DNA from: Octopus vulgaris
Lineage: Eukaryota
NCBI GenBank assembly: GCA_951406725.2
Contig: OX597814.1
Location: forward strand, 17,670,001 to 17,734,000
Length of the DNA: 64,000 nucleotides
Direction: 5' to 3'
Positions 40,459-53,870 of this stretch are shown in pieces. Position 1 is the first letter of the stretch; each line of letters starts with the position of its first letter. Below the pieces are notes generated by a model that saw nothing but the letters and a program-made list of their open reading frames with translations, had not been told where the DNA came from and ran no database searches. The position numbers and the translations under genes were made by a program.

Positions 40459-41234
40459 GATTGATTGACATATAGATACGTAGATAAATAGTTATTCATA
40501 TTAATATTCGTTATGGTTTTTTTTTTTTAATGAATTAACATGAGAATATGGCTGAGAATGAAATACATAGTACGTTATAAAATAACAGAGAGAGAAAAAA
40601 AAAATGTACAAACGAAGTAAGAAATTAAAAGATCATAATTTGTCGACGAAATGGTTGACCACGTTTTCGTCCTGCTCTAATTTACGTTGCAGGTGCGCGT
40701 GCGCATGTGTGTTTGTGAGGGCGAGAGAGAGAGAGGGGGGAGGGAGGGAGGGAGGGAGGGAGAGAGAGCATGTGTGTGTTTGCGTCTGTGTAATCTGTAT
40801 CCTCTCACTATTGCTCTTCGTCTGTATCAGCTTTTACTTGCCTACATCTTTCCCCCCCCCATACTTTTTAACTCTTTATATAAATATGTATTTAAAAATT
40901 GTGTGCCTGTTTGTGTTTGGTTGTGTGTGTGTGTGTGTGTGTATTTGCGTGCGTGCGTGTGTTTGCGTGTGTGCGGCGCTTTCGTGTGTGTATGTGTGTG
41001 TGTGTGTATGTGTATCTGTTTGTGTTTGCTTTTATCTCTTCTCATTTGTTTATGTTTCCTACCTCGGGTGGTGGTGGTTCGCTGATAAACCGTATCATAG
41101 GTGCCACCCTCACCGCGCCCCCTAATTCGTATTAACCTGTTGCCTAATCACTTAAAACATTCTGAAGTAGGAGGAGGAGGAGGAGGGGCATTAGTAGTGG
41201 TGGTGGTGGTAGTAGTAGTAGAGCTGTTGCAAGT

Positions 41235-41335
<101 letters not shown>

Positions 41336-41644
41336 TAGTAGTAATGAATGATGGTCATGACGATGATGTTGATGATGATAATGGTGTCTGCACAGCCCCA
41401 TATTAGCTCCGATTGAATCGACCATTCCAGTCGTGACAATCCCGACATTTCCGTCATATCCTTGTCAAAACGGTGCAGCTAAGGTCTATATCATTTAATA
41501 TCTGCCTCCTTTCATATTTCGAGAGACTTTCCTCATAATAATACTTTGCCCCAGCATGGCCACAGCTCAAGAGCTGAAACTGGAAAACATAAACAAAACA
41601 TAAAACTGTTAACCAACTTCCACACACACACACACACACACACA

Positions 41645-41685
<41 letters not shown>

Positions 41686-41724
41686 TCTTTCTCTTTCTCA
41701 CTCACTCAGTCAGTTACTCTTTCT

Positions 41725-42277
41725 CTGGCTCTGGCTCTCCAGTTAAGAAGTTAGTTTCATTACCGCCTGGTTTCCAGTTCAGTCCAACTCGATGGCACCT
41801 TCGGCAAACATCTTCTAAAATAGCTCCAGGCCAACTAATGCTTTGTGTGTGAATTTATGAAACAGAAACTTTATGAAAGCCCGTCCATTTCACACGCTCG
41901 TACACGCACCCATGTGTACATGCGTGTGTGTGCGTTTATGTGTGCGTTTGTGTTTGTGTGTGTGTCTGTTTGTTGTTTGTTCCTTCTCGAGCCATGTCTG
42001 GCTCATAAGGGCCGGTTTCCTGGTCTCCTTGCCGTATAGGTTCCCCACCTGGACGGGACGCCGGTCCGTCGCAGGTGAGCTGCAAGATGCAGGAGGGAAG
42101 AGTGAGAGAAAGTTGTGGCAAAAGAGTCAGTAGAAGTTCGCCATGACCTTCTGCCAGAGCCGCGTGGAGCTTAGGTGTTTCGCTCATAAACACACACACA
42201 TCGCCCGGTCTGAAATTCGAACCTGCAATCCCTTGACCGCGAGTCCGCTGCTCTAACCACTAGGCCATGTGCCTCCA

Positions 42278-42308
<31 letters not shown>

Positions 42309-42515
42309 GTGTGTATCTTTGTGTTTGTCTCCACAATGTTTGATAACCGGTATTGGATTCTTTATGTTCTGTACTTTAGCAGTTTGACAAAGGGCCGATA
42401 AAATTATGTAGCAATTTTTTTTTTTTTTAAGAAAGGTAAACTCTGGAGTAAACTTATTCCACTAATCCGATCCAGGTGCTGATTCCTTATCATGGCTACA
42501 GTCCAATGACTGACA
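41725..42515 (+). mobile_element. Old SINE family A with a family C copy nested in its central microsatellite
   Basis: Head at about 41725-41885 and tail at about 42315-42515. Confidence 0.7.
41968..42277 (-). mobile_element. SINE family C, full length, tail type 2
   Basis: Highly similar to 27515-27804. Head ggaggcacatggcctagtggttagagcagcggactcgcggtc...ggttcgaat. Confidence 0.93.
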
Positions 42516-43167
42516 CCAAAAAAAAAAAAAGTGAAGAAGAACAAAGTTTTGGGCATTGCTGACTTAATACTAAATAATAAAGACTTTCAATGGCGACATT
42601 CATTTGGTCAAGATAATCTTACTGCTATGACTTCTCTATCAGGAGATCATGTAAAACAACAGATTGAGCGAACGAAAAAAGCACTTAATTTTTCTTAATA
42701 TCTCTGAATGATTAAATGATTCTCAAATTGATTGATGAATCGATTGATTGAATTTTGTTTTTGTTTTTTCATGAATTAAACGGTGGAGGGAAGACAGCGT
42801 CTATCTCTTGTCTCAGGGGCTTCGAAACAGGTGAGCGGATGTTCCAAGGTTATTTACAAAAAGCAAACTTAGTTTGCATCCTTGCAGAAATATCGGTTCT
42901 CCTATAAAAATTCAAAGGTCATTTAGTGTTATTAAACTGAGTAATGGCTTAAGTTTAACATCAAAGAACTGAAGTGTTCCTTCACATGGGTTATGTCACG
43001 GTTGTCATCTCCTAACTTTCAATCACGACGATTCTATCAATCCAAGGCTATGCCATTGGCCACCTCGAGGTCTTTCTCTTTCTTATTCTTGTTTAAACTA
43101 TGCAAGCTTTCTAAGACATGTTTTCTCCTTTTTTTCCGTCAACTGGAGATAAGATCGAGCATTTATC

Positions 43168-43209
43168 GTGCTGATGAGGGTCGTTGAGGAAGAAACACGT
43201 GTCCTCCAC
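43168..43209 (+). other. Degenerate hammerhead-like motif
   Basis: CTGATGA-G...GAA-ACACGTGT-C, with a palindromic stem III and a GUC triplet. Stem II does not pair. An AATAAA follows downstream. Confidence 0.3.
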
Positions 43210-44146
43210 TGTCCTCATATCTAGACAATAAAATTATTCCTTTCCTAAATTTCACGTAAATTTTGAAAAAACACATGATTTTTTTTAGATTATCTCCCCT
43301 TCTCAAGTAGATTTGGTCTTAATAGCCGTTTGGTAATTATGATGCACCTTCTAGAAACGGAGATAATTTCCATGAATTTTTGTTGTATGGCATTAGACAT
43401 ACCTGTATTTATGTATGTTATCCAAATACATGACACTGGCCACTTTTGAATTATTTCTCTAAGCTAACTTTTGTTTCTAATAGAACACACCTGACTCAAT
43501 TGCCTGACTCAATTAGGCTGGATTAATAGCCATCCACGTGTCTGAGCATTTAACTTTTTAACAGGACGAGAATAAAGTGTCAGAGACGGCAGATCGCTGC
43601 CAGTGAATTCTTTTTTCAATATTTACTTTCTTTTTGCTATGAGTTCAAATCACAACAAGGTCAGCCGAGGAACCTGTCAAATACTGAGATCGATTTAGTT
43701 GACTGTCTCCATTCCCCTATTACTGACCTTCTGCCTATTAAAAGAAGTCAATATTTATCAATATTTTAGTTTCCTTTGGTGGCTGGTTGAATAGTAAAAA
43801 CAGTTGAGTATTGGCCTATCATAAGCCACGTGGTATTTACTTCCGTCCCTTTGCATTCACTGTCCATATCCTTCCGGTACTTTGCTTTTAATCTTTTTGT
43901 ACTAAAATCGATTCCATTGACTATAGCCATTCCTTTGCAAACTTCTGGTTTGTGTCAATCATAAAAATCAATACCTGTTTCCTTTCAGTATTCTAAGTTT
44001 AAATGTTCAAATGATACTGGTTTCAAATTTGCCTTTCATCCCAACGTAGTCGCTAAAATCAAACTATAAAATTTTTCATTTATAAATTTCAGACATTTTT
44101 CAACAGTCGTTATTATATTAATTTCTGAGTCGATATTTGAACTATG

Positions 44147-44158
44147 AATAATAATAAT

Positions 44159-44244
<86 letters not shown>

Positions 44245-44262
44245 TGATGATGATGGTGATGA
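44147..44262. repeat. (AAT)n microsatellite grading into (GAT)n
   Basis: Read directly from the sequence. Confidence 0.95.
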
Positions 44263-44427
44263 TATTTTTTTATTTGCCACAGCGGTATTGATGAGGGGGG
44301 AATAATATAATAAATTTCAGAAAAGAAGAAAAAAGAGAAAATTATATATTATACACACGAATATGTGTGTCTCTCACTCTCTCTTTCTTTCTATCTCCCC
44401 CTTTCTCTCTCTCTCTTTCTTTCTTTG

Positions 44428-44574
<147 letters not shown>

Positions 44575-44629
44575 TATATATGTATATATATAATGAATAT
44601 TATACATATATATATATATATGTACATGT

Positions 44630-44770
44630 ATACACACACATATATCAATATCTACTTACATACATACATGTGTGTGTATGTATGCGCCGTGTATGTTTGT
44701 ATACACACACATATATCAATATCTACATACATACATACATGTGTGTGTATGTATGCGCCGTGTATGTGTG
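44630..44770. repeat. Two-copy tandem duplication, period about 71 bp
   Basis: atacacacacatatatcaatatctac...tgtatgtatgcgccgtgtatg occurs twice. Confidence 0.85.
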
Positions 44771-45155
44771 TGTGTGTGCGGGTGTATGTATGCATTTCCA
44801 AATCTCAAATACAATATAACATTTAATACAATATTACACAATACAAACAGCTAAACCGTCGGTCACTAATGTTAACATATTAATTAGTTGCAAATGAGAA
44901 TCAAATGAATAATAATAGCACACATAATGAAAGTTAATCAATTGTAATGTTAGTGATTAATAGCACTGCACTGAATGTAGTCAGCTAGTGTAATAAACAG
45001 CTAATATGATGTGATCGATTTTATAGCACACTGCAAATTTCATAATACACATGCAACTAAGCAACTGGTCACTAATATGACGTAAGGCGTGCAACTGGTG
45101 ATAGTGGTGATGGTGGTAGTTAGCATAGTTAATAGACCACATAATGAGCCTCATA

Positions 45156-45212
<57 letters not shown>

Positions 45213-45216
45213 TATA

Positions 45217-45315
45217 CAGTAATGCCTCGATATACGAGTCAATTCGTTTCCGGAAGACGTTCTTAAAGCGAGGACTCGTAAACCCGGGCTCTCCTGAAAC
45301 GAGTCCTTGTAAAGT
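45217..45315 (+). mobile_element. Terminal fragment of a pogo/Tigger-like DNA transposon
   Basis: TA|CAGTAATGCCTCGATATACGAGT..AATTCGTTTCC resembles Tigger-type TIRs. No partner TIR was found. Confidence 0.55.
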
Positions 45316-45446
45316 GAGGTATATATATATATATATATGTAGGTCCCGGGTTGAGTCGGGGTTAATCACAATAAATAAGGTACTCAATACATAGCAGAGT
45401 AAAGTAATATATTTTATAGAATGAGCTTCTACAGGACTTGAACTGT

Positions 45447-45558
<112 letters not shown>

Positions 45559-45559
45559 T

Positions 45560-45760
45560 TGATTTTTTTTAAAAAAACGGAGAAAAAGACAAGGAAAAAA
45601 GGCATAGACGTAGTACATGCAGAGTATTAATGAGACGCTTAGAGGAGGCAAGAAAGAATGGAAGTTTTACGTTTCGAGCTAAGCTCTTCTTCAGAAACAG
45701 GAATCATAGGAATCACAAAAAAATAAATAAAAGGATGGAAAAAATCGCTAACAGTCCACG
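45560..45760 (-). mobile_element. Penelope-like element fragment carrying a hammerhead motif
   Basis: Paralogous to 5490-5705. Confidence 0.55.
45664..45698 (-). ncRNA. Minimal type I hammerhead ribozyme motif with intact core
   Basis: The minus strand reads GTTT-CTGAAGA-A-GAGC(TTA)GCTC-GAA-ACGT-A-AAAC: CUGANGA and GAAA boxes, a GUA cleavage triplet, paired stems I and II, and a palindromic stem III. Confidence 0.68.
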
Positions 45761-45951
45761 TGTATATATATATATAAAGTTTAAAATTTGGTGTGAGTTG
45801 AAAGTAAGATGCATGGAAACAATATACATGAGAAATATTAATGAAAATTGAAGTGAAATTATAGCAGTTGGGTGAATGGAAGAAATAAAGAAAGAAATTA
45901 TGAGAAGGGGGAGGGAAGGGGAAGGGACAGACAGACAGAACAAAACAGGGG

Positions 45952-45986
<35 letters not shown>

Positions 45987-46301
45987 ACAGTAAGAGGGAG
46001 AGGAGCTGAGAATAAGAAAAACAGACAAGGGCAGAGAATGGTGTACTAGGGAAAAAAGTGGAAATAAAAGGAGAATAAACATGAAGGAGTAACGGGGAGA
46101 AAGAAAGGGAGTCAGAGACGTAGAGGAAGAGAGAGAGAGACACTGCAAACCAGAGAAGGAGACACAACGAGAGAATGAGAGATTACGCGAATGAAAAGAA
46201 AAGTGTGGTTATGAAGGAAATTTATGGGTATTGAATAAAAGATTAAACAACAGAGAAAAAGAGAATGCCAAAATCAGATATCTAGCTATTAAGATAGATA
46301 A

Positions 46302-46404
<103 letters not shown>

Positions 46405-46554
46405 TGTTTCTTTATTAGCCACACAGGACTGCACACAGACAGGACAAAATTACAAGGTAGAGCTTTTCTTTTGGGGGTAAAAGAAGGGGTTTGGTTTTCG
46501 ATCAAAAGGGATCGTAAATGGAAAGAAAGAGGACAAAAAAAGGGGGGATAAAAT

Positions 46555-46556
<2 letters not shown>
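46405..46556 (-). mobile_element. 5'-truncated retroelement 3' end inserted in (GATA)n, copy 2 (about 150 bp)
   Basis: Same 3' junction as copy 1, with (GATA)n on both flanks. Confidence 0.85.
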
Positions 46557-46631
<75 letters not shown>

Positions 46632-47400
46632 GTGTGGTTTGTGGTTGTGTGGGTGAGATTTGGATGGACAGACGGACGGATGGATGGATGGATGGATGGA
46701 TGGATAGATAAAGAGAGAAAGAGGGAGGTGGAGAGAGAAAGGAAATGAGGGAAACTAGGGTTGAGGTAGAGATAAAAAAAGACAAGATTAAAAAGTTGGA
46801 GAAAGCCAGAATGGGACAATAAACTGCAGGATGTGTGGTGAGTAGAAAAAAAAACTGAACTGGAGAGAAAGAGACGATTATGGAGAATGAAAGATTGGAT
46901 ATGAGAAACAGGGAGAAAGAGAGAGAGTGTGTGTGTTTGATTGAGAAAGTGGGAGAAACGGAGAGAGAGAGAGAGAGAGAGAGCACGATAATGAAAATAA
47001 AAAGTGGGTGATGTTAGAGGAAAGCAGAGAAGAATAAACAACTGGATCAGACAGAAGAGATAGACATACTGATAGAGAGATTGCAAGATGCTGTAGGAAG
47101 AAGATTTGGTGGTCGGTCGAGAGATGGGATGTTAGAATAAAGGAATTGATGATAGTTTATGAGTGGGTGTGTTGAAAGATAATTAGTTGACGTTGAGGCA
47201 AAGAGGCAAACGAAGAAGGGATTGTAATGGTATGTGTGTGTGTGTGTGTATGTGTGTGTACGTGTGTGCGTTAATGTGTTTGTAATTGTGTGTGTGTAAG
47301 TGTAGCTGCTGTTGTCTTTATATATGTATGTAGTAGATGTGTTTGTATACATGTGTGAATTTGTCTGTGGTGTTAATATCTGTATGTGTGTAAGTGTTTT

Positions 47401-47467
<67 letters not shown>

Positions 47468-48347
47468 AGTTGTGTTTAATTACGTATGTGTGTATCTGCA
47501 GTTGTGTTTATATATGTGTATGCATATCTGTACGTGTTTTGGGTGTGTATGCGTGTCCATATGCTTGTATACGTATATGTGTGTGTGTATGCATGCGTCG
47601 GTAGTTGCGTTTATATGTGTATGTGTGTGCATGATTTTAACCATATGTATGTGTATATCTATGTATCTATGCGCATGTGTTGTGTGTGGGTGTGTGTGTG
47701 CACTGTACGTACGCGTGTGGGTTGTATATGTGTATGTATATTTATATGTGTATGTGTGTATGGGCGCGTGTTCTCTGTATATTTCTGGGTGTGTGTGCGC
47801 GCGCGCATACCTGTGTGCAAATACATGTGTTTGTGTGCATATAAATCAATTCATGTGTACGCGTTTAATGCATATATGTTTGCGCTTGCGAATGTGTATG
47901 TGTGTGTGTGAAACCGCGTTTTAGTTGTGGCCGTAGTGACGGTGAGATGAGTTGTGATGAAGAGTAGTTAGAGTAAAGATGTAACTTAAGAAAGAGGAGA
48001 GCGAGGTGGTGTATGAACGTGTGTTTTTCTCTCTATGTGTACATGTGAATGGATGCATGTGTACATGACTGCTTGTGTGTGTGCGTGTGTGTGTGTGTTT
48101 ATAGATGTATATGTGTACGCGATATTTGTGAGTGTATGTATGTGTGTCTCTGTCCATGTGTGCATACATGTGTGTGTGTGTGTGTGTGCTTGTTTTTGTG
48201 TATGTGTGCGTGTGAGTGTGTGTGTTTTGTTTCTGTGCAAGTGTGTGTGCGTGTGTGTACTAGAATGAATGTGTATGTGTCCACGTAAGGAAAAAAAGCA
48301 AGAAAAAGAGATTGAGGGGCTCGGTCAGTCTGAAAAACAAAAGATGT

Positions 48348-48349
<2 letters not shown>

Positions 48350-48410
<61 letters not shown>

Positions 48411-48549
48411 AAGAGCAGAGAGAGAGAGAGAGAAAGAGCAGAGAGAGAGAGAAAGAGCAGAGAGAGAGAGAAAGAGCAGAGAGAGAGAGAAAGAGCAGAG
48501 AGAGAGAGAAAGAAAAGAGAGAGTCAGTCGTCTGACGGATAAAAAGAGA

Positions 48550-48605
<56 letters not shown>

Positions 48606-48680
48606 AAGAGAGAAAGAGATCGACAGACAGGCAGAGGGAGATAGATAGAGAGAAAAAGAAAGCGACTGAGAGAGAGAGAG
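48350..48680. repeat. Polypurine (GA)n tract with a higher-order repeat of about 17-21 bp, (GA)nAAGAGCA, at about 48400-48510
   Basis: gaaagagcagagagagaga is repeated five times inside (GA)n. Confidence 0.9.
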
Positions 48681-49085
48681 GAAATAGACCAAATCGAAAT
48701 CGAAAACAAAAAAAAAAAATAATAAAATACGAAAGAAAAAAAAAAAAAACTGCTTTGATAGGGTGAGTGCGGAGGTTGTCAGATTAGGCTATGATAGGTG
48801 GGTAGGAGAGTTGAGTCGTATTTGTGATGAAGTCGGTGGTTTAGTGGTGGTGGTGGTGAGTGTGATGGTGTTAGTGGTGGACATGGCGGTATTACTGATG
48901 GAGGTGTTGATAACAGTAGTAGTTGTGGTGGTGGTGGTGGTGGTGGTAGATAGTGGTGGTGGTGGTGGTGGTAGTGGTGATGGCAGGTCTATGCTGTAGA
49001 AAGCGATGATTGATGAAGGCTGTAGGATGACTAAAATTGTACTGATGGTGATCGATGTATTGCCTTTAGTAGTAGTAGTAGTAGC

Positions 49086-49132
<47 letters not shown>

Positions 49133-49541
49133 CGGCAGCGGCAGCAGTAGCAGCAGCAGCAATAGTGATGGTGGTGGTGGTGGTGGTGGTGTTTTGAGTT
49201 GCGGAAAGCTAAACAATAATTATGATATGTTAATGACACACCGAATGTGCTCCACGGCACTCCCACACCTTCAAACAAGAGTGCACAAACAAACAAACAA
49301 GCGCGCGCACACGCATACGCACACACACATGTGCGTGCACACGCACCGTTCCAGTGCACCTCGCTCCATCCACCAGATTCACGTTTTAATGCAACTTCGT
49401 TGTTTGTATTGAGACAATGGCTTTCAATTACACTTGTGTGTGTGTGCGAGTGTGTGCGTTTGTGTGTGGATGGATATGTGGGTACGCTTTTGTATATGTA
49501 TATGTGCATACATACACGCGGATATACACATATACATTATA

Positions 49542-49622
49542 CAGGGTGTCCCCAAAAAAATTTTGACATCATTTCATCACCGTTTCATCTCAAACCATAT
49601 CAAATTTTGGGAAGACACCCTG
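49542..49622. mobile_element. 81-bp Tc1/mariner-type MITE
   Basis: TA|CAGGGTGTCCCCAAAAAAATTT ... AAATTTTGGGAAGACACCCTG. TIRs of about 22 bp start CAGGGTGT. Confidence 0.75.
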
Positions 49623-49649
49623 TGTGCATATTCTTAGATTGGCTTCAAA

Positions 49650-49968
49650 CATTTGACTGCGGCCATGCTGGAGCACCGCCTTTATTCGAACAAATCGACC
49701 CCAGGACTTATTCGTTGTAAACCTAGTAATTTTATTCTATCGTTCTTTTTAGCTGAACCGCTAAGTTACGGAGACGTAGACACACCAACATCGCTTTTGT
49801 CAAGCGACAGGATTCTTTCAGTTTGCGTCGACCACATCCACTCACAAGGCTTTGATCGATCTGTGGGTATAGTAAGAGACACTTGCCCCAGGTGCTACGC
49901 AGTAGGACTGAACCCGGAACCATGTGGTTGGGAAGCAAGATTCTTACCACACAGCCACGCCTGCGCCT
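49650..49968 (-). mobile_element. SINE family A lacking the central microsatellite
   Basis: The two halves join directly at about 49805 (ttgtcaagcg|acaggattctttcagttt). Confidence 0.85.
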
Positions 49969-49975
49969 ACTTATT

Positions 49976-50045
<70 letters not shown>

Positions 50046-50215
50046 CATGTATGTATGTATGTATATATACATACACACATTAGTAAGCGTTTCAACTACG
50101 TGTTCCTATCGCGTTACTAGTAGTTTGCCGTACATGCATACGTGTATCAGGCGTCAATATTGAACTCTCGTTGGATGGAGTACTCTTCGTATTGACTTTT
50201 ACGAAGTTAATTTCT

Positions 50216-50279
<64 letters not shown>

Positions 50280-50281
<2 letters not shown>

Positions 50282-50400
50282 CTTTATGAAAATAAACAAA
50301 AGACGAAGGCAGGTGGAAAACAAACGAACAATTGTATTAGTATGGCGCTCAGGAAATATAAATAAAACAAGTCTTTAACGTTTCGAGCCTACGCTCCTCG
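50280..50400 (-). mobile_element. Penelope-like fragment with a partial hammerhead motif
   Basis: The minus strand reads CGA-G-GAGC(GTAG)GCTC-GAAACGTT-AAAG...tttcctgagcgccatactaatac. The 5' part is lost next to a SINE head. Confidence 0.5.
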
Positions 50401-50917
50401 TGGCCTGGTGCTTAGGATGTCAGGCTCGCGATCGTAAGGGTGTGTGTCCGAATTCTGGATTGGCCGTCGAATCTAGAATATGATTTACATTAGTCCTATA
50501 GCGGAGGTGTTTGGGACACATGCTGTCGAAGGAAACCGGAAGTAAGAGTCAATAACCACAACACACATCATTCATGACAGGCAGTCTGTCGATACTCGAT
50601 GATGAATGTCCATTTGAGATGTTTTCAGTTGAAGTATTAAAACTGGGTCAATCGTTTCCACTGGTGTTTTCCTCAGATGTTGGATTTACTGCTGCTATTC
50701 GATGTCTAATCTACTCGTATTACAGTTAGTTTGACGTTTCAGAAGGATCTTCTTTACACAAGTTCAAAAATATCTCATTGAATGTGTATGTTCGTGCCTT
50801 GATGAAAGAAAATACGTTTTTCGCGCTGAAAGCGGAAGTGCTTAGAACGCATGAAATTAGCGAAGGCGGAAAGCAGATATATGAGAGGGGGGAAAAAAAC
50901 AAACCTATAACATATGT

Positions 50918-51540
50918 ATAGTCTGTGACTGTGTTGTGCTAAGAAACTTGCTTCTCAACTACATGGTTCCGGGTCCAGGGGGCGAGCTAGCAGAAGCGTT
51001 AGCACACCGGGCGAAATGCTTTCCGGTACTTCGTCTGCCGTTACGTTGTGAGTTCAAATTCCGCCGAGGTCAACTTTGCCTTTCATCCTTTCGGGGTCGA
51101 TAAATTAAGTACCAGTTACGCACTGGGGTCGATGTAATCGACATAATACCTATGTCTGTCCTTGTTTGTCCCCTCTATGTTTTAGCCCCTTGTGGATAAT
51201 AAAGAAATAGGTTCCGGGTCCAGTCCTGTTACGTTACATAGCACTTTATGCAAGTGTTTTCTACTACAGCTTCGGGGGACCCAAGCCTTGTGAGATGATT
51301 TAGTAAACGGAAATTGGAAGAAACCAGTGACACACACATACACGTGTGTGTGTGTCTTTGTATCTGTGTTTGCGTCCCAACATCACTTGACAACTGGTAT
51401 TGATGTGTTTCCGTCCTCGTACTAAACGGTTCAGCAAAAGATAGAATTAGTACAAGGCTAAAAAATCCTGGGGTCAATTCATTCGGCTAAAACTTCCTTC
51501 AAGACGGTGCCCCAACAGCACCGTCGTAGTCAAATGACTG
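50918..51540 (+). mobile_element. Old SINE family A disrupted in its B box by a family B insertion
   Basis: The head at 50918-50978 resumes at 51210, and the tail runs to about 51540. Confidence 0.82.
50979..51209 (+). mobile_element. SINE family B, full length, with a 14-bp target-site duplication
   Basis: TSD GGTTCCGGGTCCAG at 50965-50978 and 51210-51223. Confidence 0.95.
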
Positions 51541-51883
51541 TTGTAGCGCACCTGAGCACTATGTACAACAATTTCTTTCATATATCATATGTATATATAA
51601 GTAAAAGATGAAAGATATGTGTGTATGTATGCTTGTATATTAAATTAACTTAGTTATGTATCTTAGATAGGATTTGGCCATTGTTGGCCTAGGGCATGTT
51701 TAACTTAATAGAACCCATTATTGCTTTCTTGTATATACAGACATGTTTCGTAGTAGGGTGGAAAGGATGTATAGCAATTTTGAACCAATCCCGGTATATT
51801 ATTACAACTATTAATATAAATATAAAGATAAACAAGCCAAGCCTAGGATTTGTTACACAAATAGATCGCACATGTTCGGGAAG

Positions 51884-52222
<339 letters not shown>

Positions 52223-52838
52223 TTTTAGAGTGGTAGAGACGAAGGCGAATGTGAGGTTTTACAGTCTACGTTAGTTCATTGTTATAAATGGTGGCCTTCA
52301 CTTACAGTCCAGCGTGCTAATTATTGACCTTCACAGCTTCGTTTCAAAATATTTGACTGCCAGCTTCTTTTATCGACCCCCGCGAAGAGAGTGGGGTTGA
52401 AAGGTAAGGTCTTCTCTAGTGGACTTTTAGAGTAGAATTATAGATTGATTTAATACTGTGGGGTTTAACAAGTTTTAACGTTGAACTGAAATATCTGCAA
52501 TGGTCAATCAACTGTAAACGACATCAAAAATCATCGGTTATGACATGAGCAGAGGCGTACAGTGCTTAGAAAGGTTACGATGTCTCTAATACGTGAACCT
52601 TGCAATAAACTGTTGACAGTAAGATAGTAGCTAATAGCGATTATTAATCTGTAGTTGCAGACTCCGAGTAATTATTTATAGTTATTTTATCGACCTATAA
52701 AGATGAAAGAGTAAGAAATGGAAAGAAGAGAAGAAAGAAACCCAAACTAAAGGCGGCTGTTGGCAAAGAATTTACAAAGATTTAATATAATTCTAAGGTG
52801 TTCTGAATCAGCGAATAATAAATTCTTCAGTTATTATA

Positions 52839-53200
52839 GGCGCAGGAGTGGCTGTGTGGTAAGTAGCTTGCTTACGAACCACATGGTTCCGGGTTCAGTC
52901 CCACTGCGTGGCACCTTGGGCAAGTGTCTCTTACTATAGCCTCGGGCCGACCAAAGCCTTGTAAGTGGATTTGGTAGACGGAAACTGAAAGAAGCCCGTC
53001 GTATATATATGTATATATATATATATGTGTGTATGTGCGTGTTTGTGTATCTGTGTTTGTCTCACAACATCGCTTGACAACCGATAATATAAGTACTAGG
53101 CTTACAAAGAATAAGTCCCGGGGTCGATTTGTTCGACTAAAGGCGGTGCTCCAGCATGGCCACAGTCACATGGCTGAAATAAGTAAAAGAGTAAAAGAGT
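52839..53200 (+). mobile_element. SINE family A, young near-complete reference copy
   Basis: tRNA-like head GGCGCAGGAGTGGCTGTGTGGTAAG...GGTTCAGTCCC, CORE-like gcaccttgggcaagtg, a short (TA)n(TG)n linker and a tail ending (AGTAAAAG)n. Confidence 0.95.
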
Positions 53201-53614
53201 AAACAAATTCTCAACAGAGAGAGGAGACTGAATCAGCTATTGTATATGAACAAGGTACTTATCTGAAGAATGGGAATGGTGCAGTCACTTTTCAAATGGA
53301 TTTCGGACCCGAAATTTAACCACAAATTTAAATATAGCATCTACTTTCATTTAGACAAGTTCCCATCCAGATTGTCCCCTTCTTCGCTGCTTACACACCT
53401 GGGCCTAATTTTCACGGTAAAACTAAATACGCACGAATATGGCTTCCGCGTATATAATGTACGCGCGCGTGTGTGTATACATATATAAGTATAGGCATAC
53501 ATGTACGCACACACACACACATATTGCTATATCCACACTAGCATATCCCCGCCGATAGGTAGAAATAGATTGCCGGCTTAATACTTAATCATTTACCCAC
53601 CGCCACCACTGTCG

Positions 53615-53669
<55 letters not shown>

Positions 53670-53677
53670 ATGTATAA

Positions 53678-53870
53678 GTTTGTGTCTGTGTTTGTCCCTC
53701 ATGGTGTGTTTACGTCCCCGTAACTTAGCGGTTCGGTAAAAGTGATCGATAGAATAAGTATTAGGCTTACAAAGAATAAAATCCTGGTGTCGATTTGTTT
53801 TACAAAAAGGCGCTGCTCCAGCATGGCCGCAGTCAAATGACTGAAATAAATAAAAGAATAAAAGAATAGA
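53678..53870 (+). mobile_element. SINE family A 3' half
   Basis: tgtttacgtccccgtaacttagcggttcgg...ccagcatggccgcagtcaaatgactgaaa. Confidence 0.9.

Noticed and set aside
42531-42700. Open frame of about 55 codons in unique sequence (KDFQWRHSFGQDNL...)
   Set aside because: No splice signals, start context or recognisable domain. The length is compatible with chance.
50545-50700. Minus-strand near-ORF interrupted by a single TGA (possible selenocysteine or readthrough)
   Set aside because: It is short and Ser/Asn-rich, with no SECIS-like hairpin or splice sites seen.
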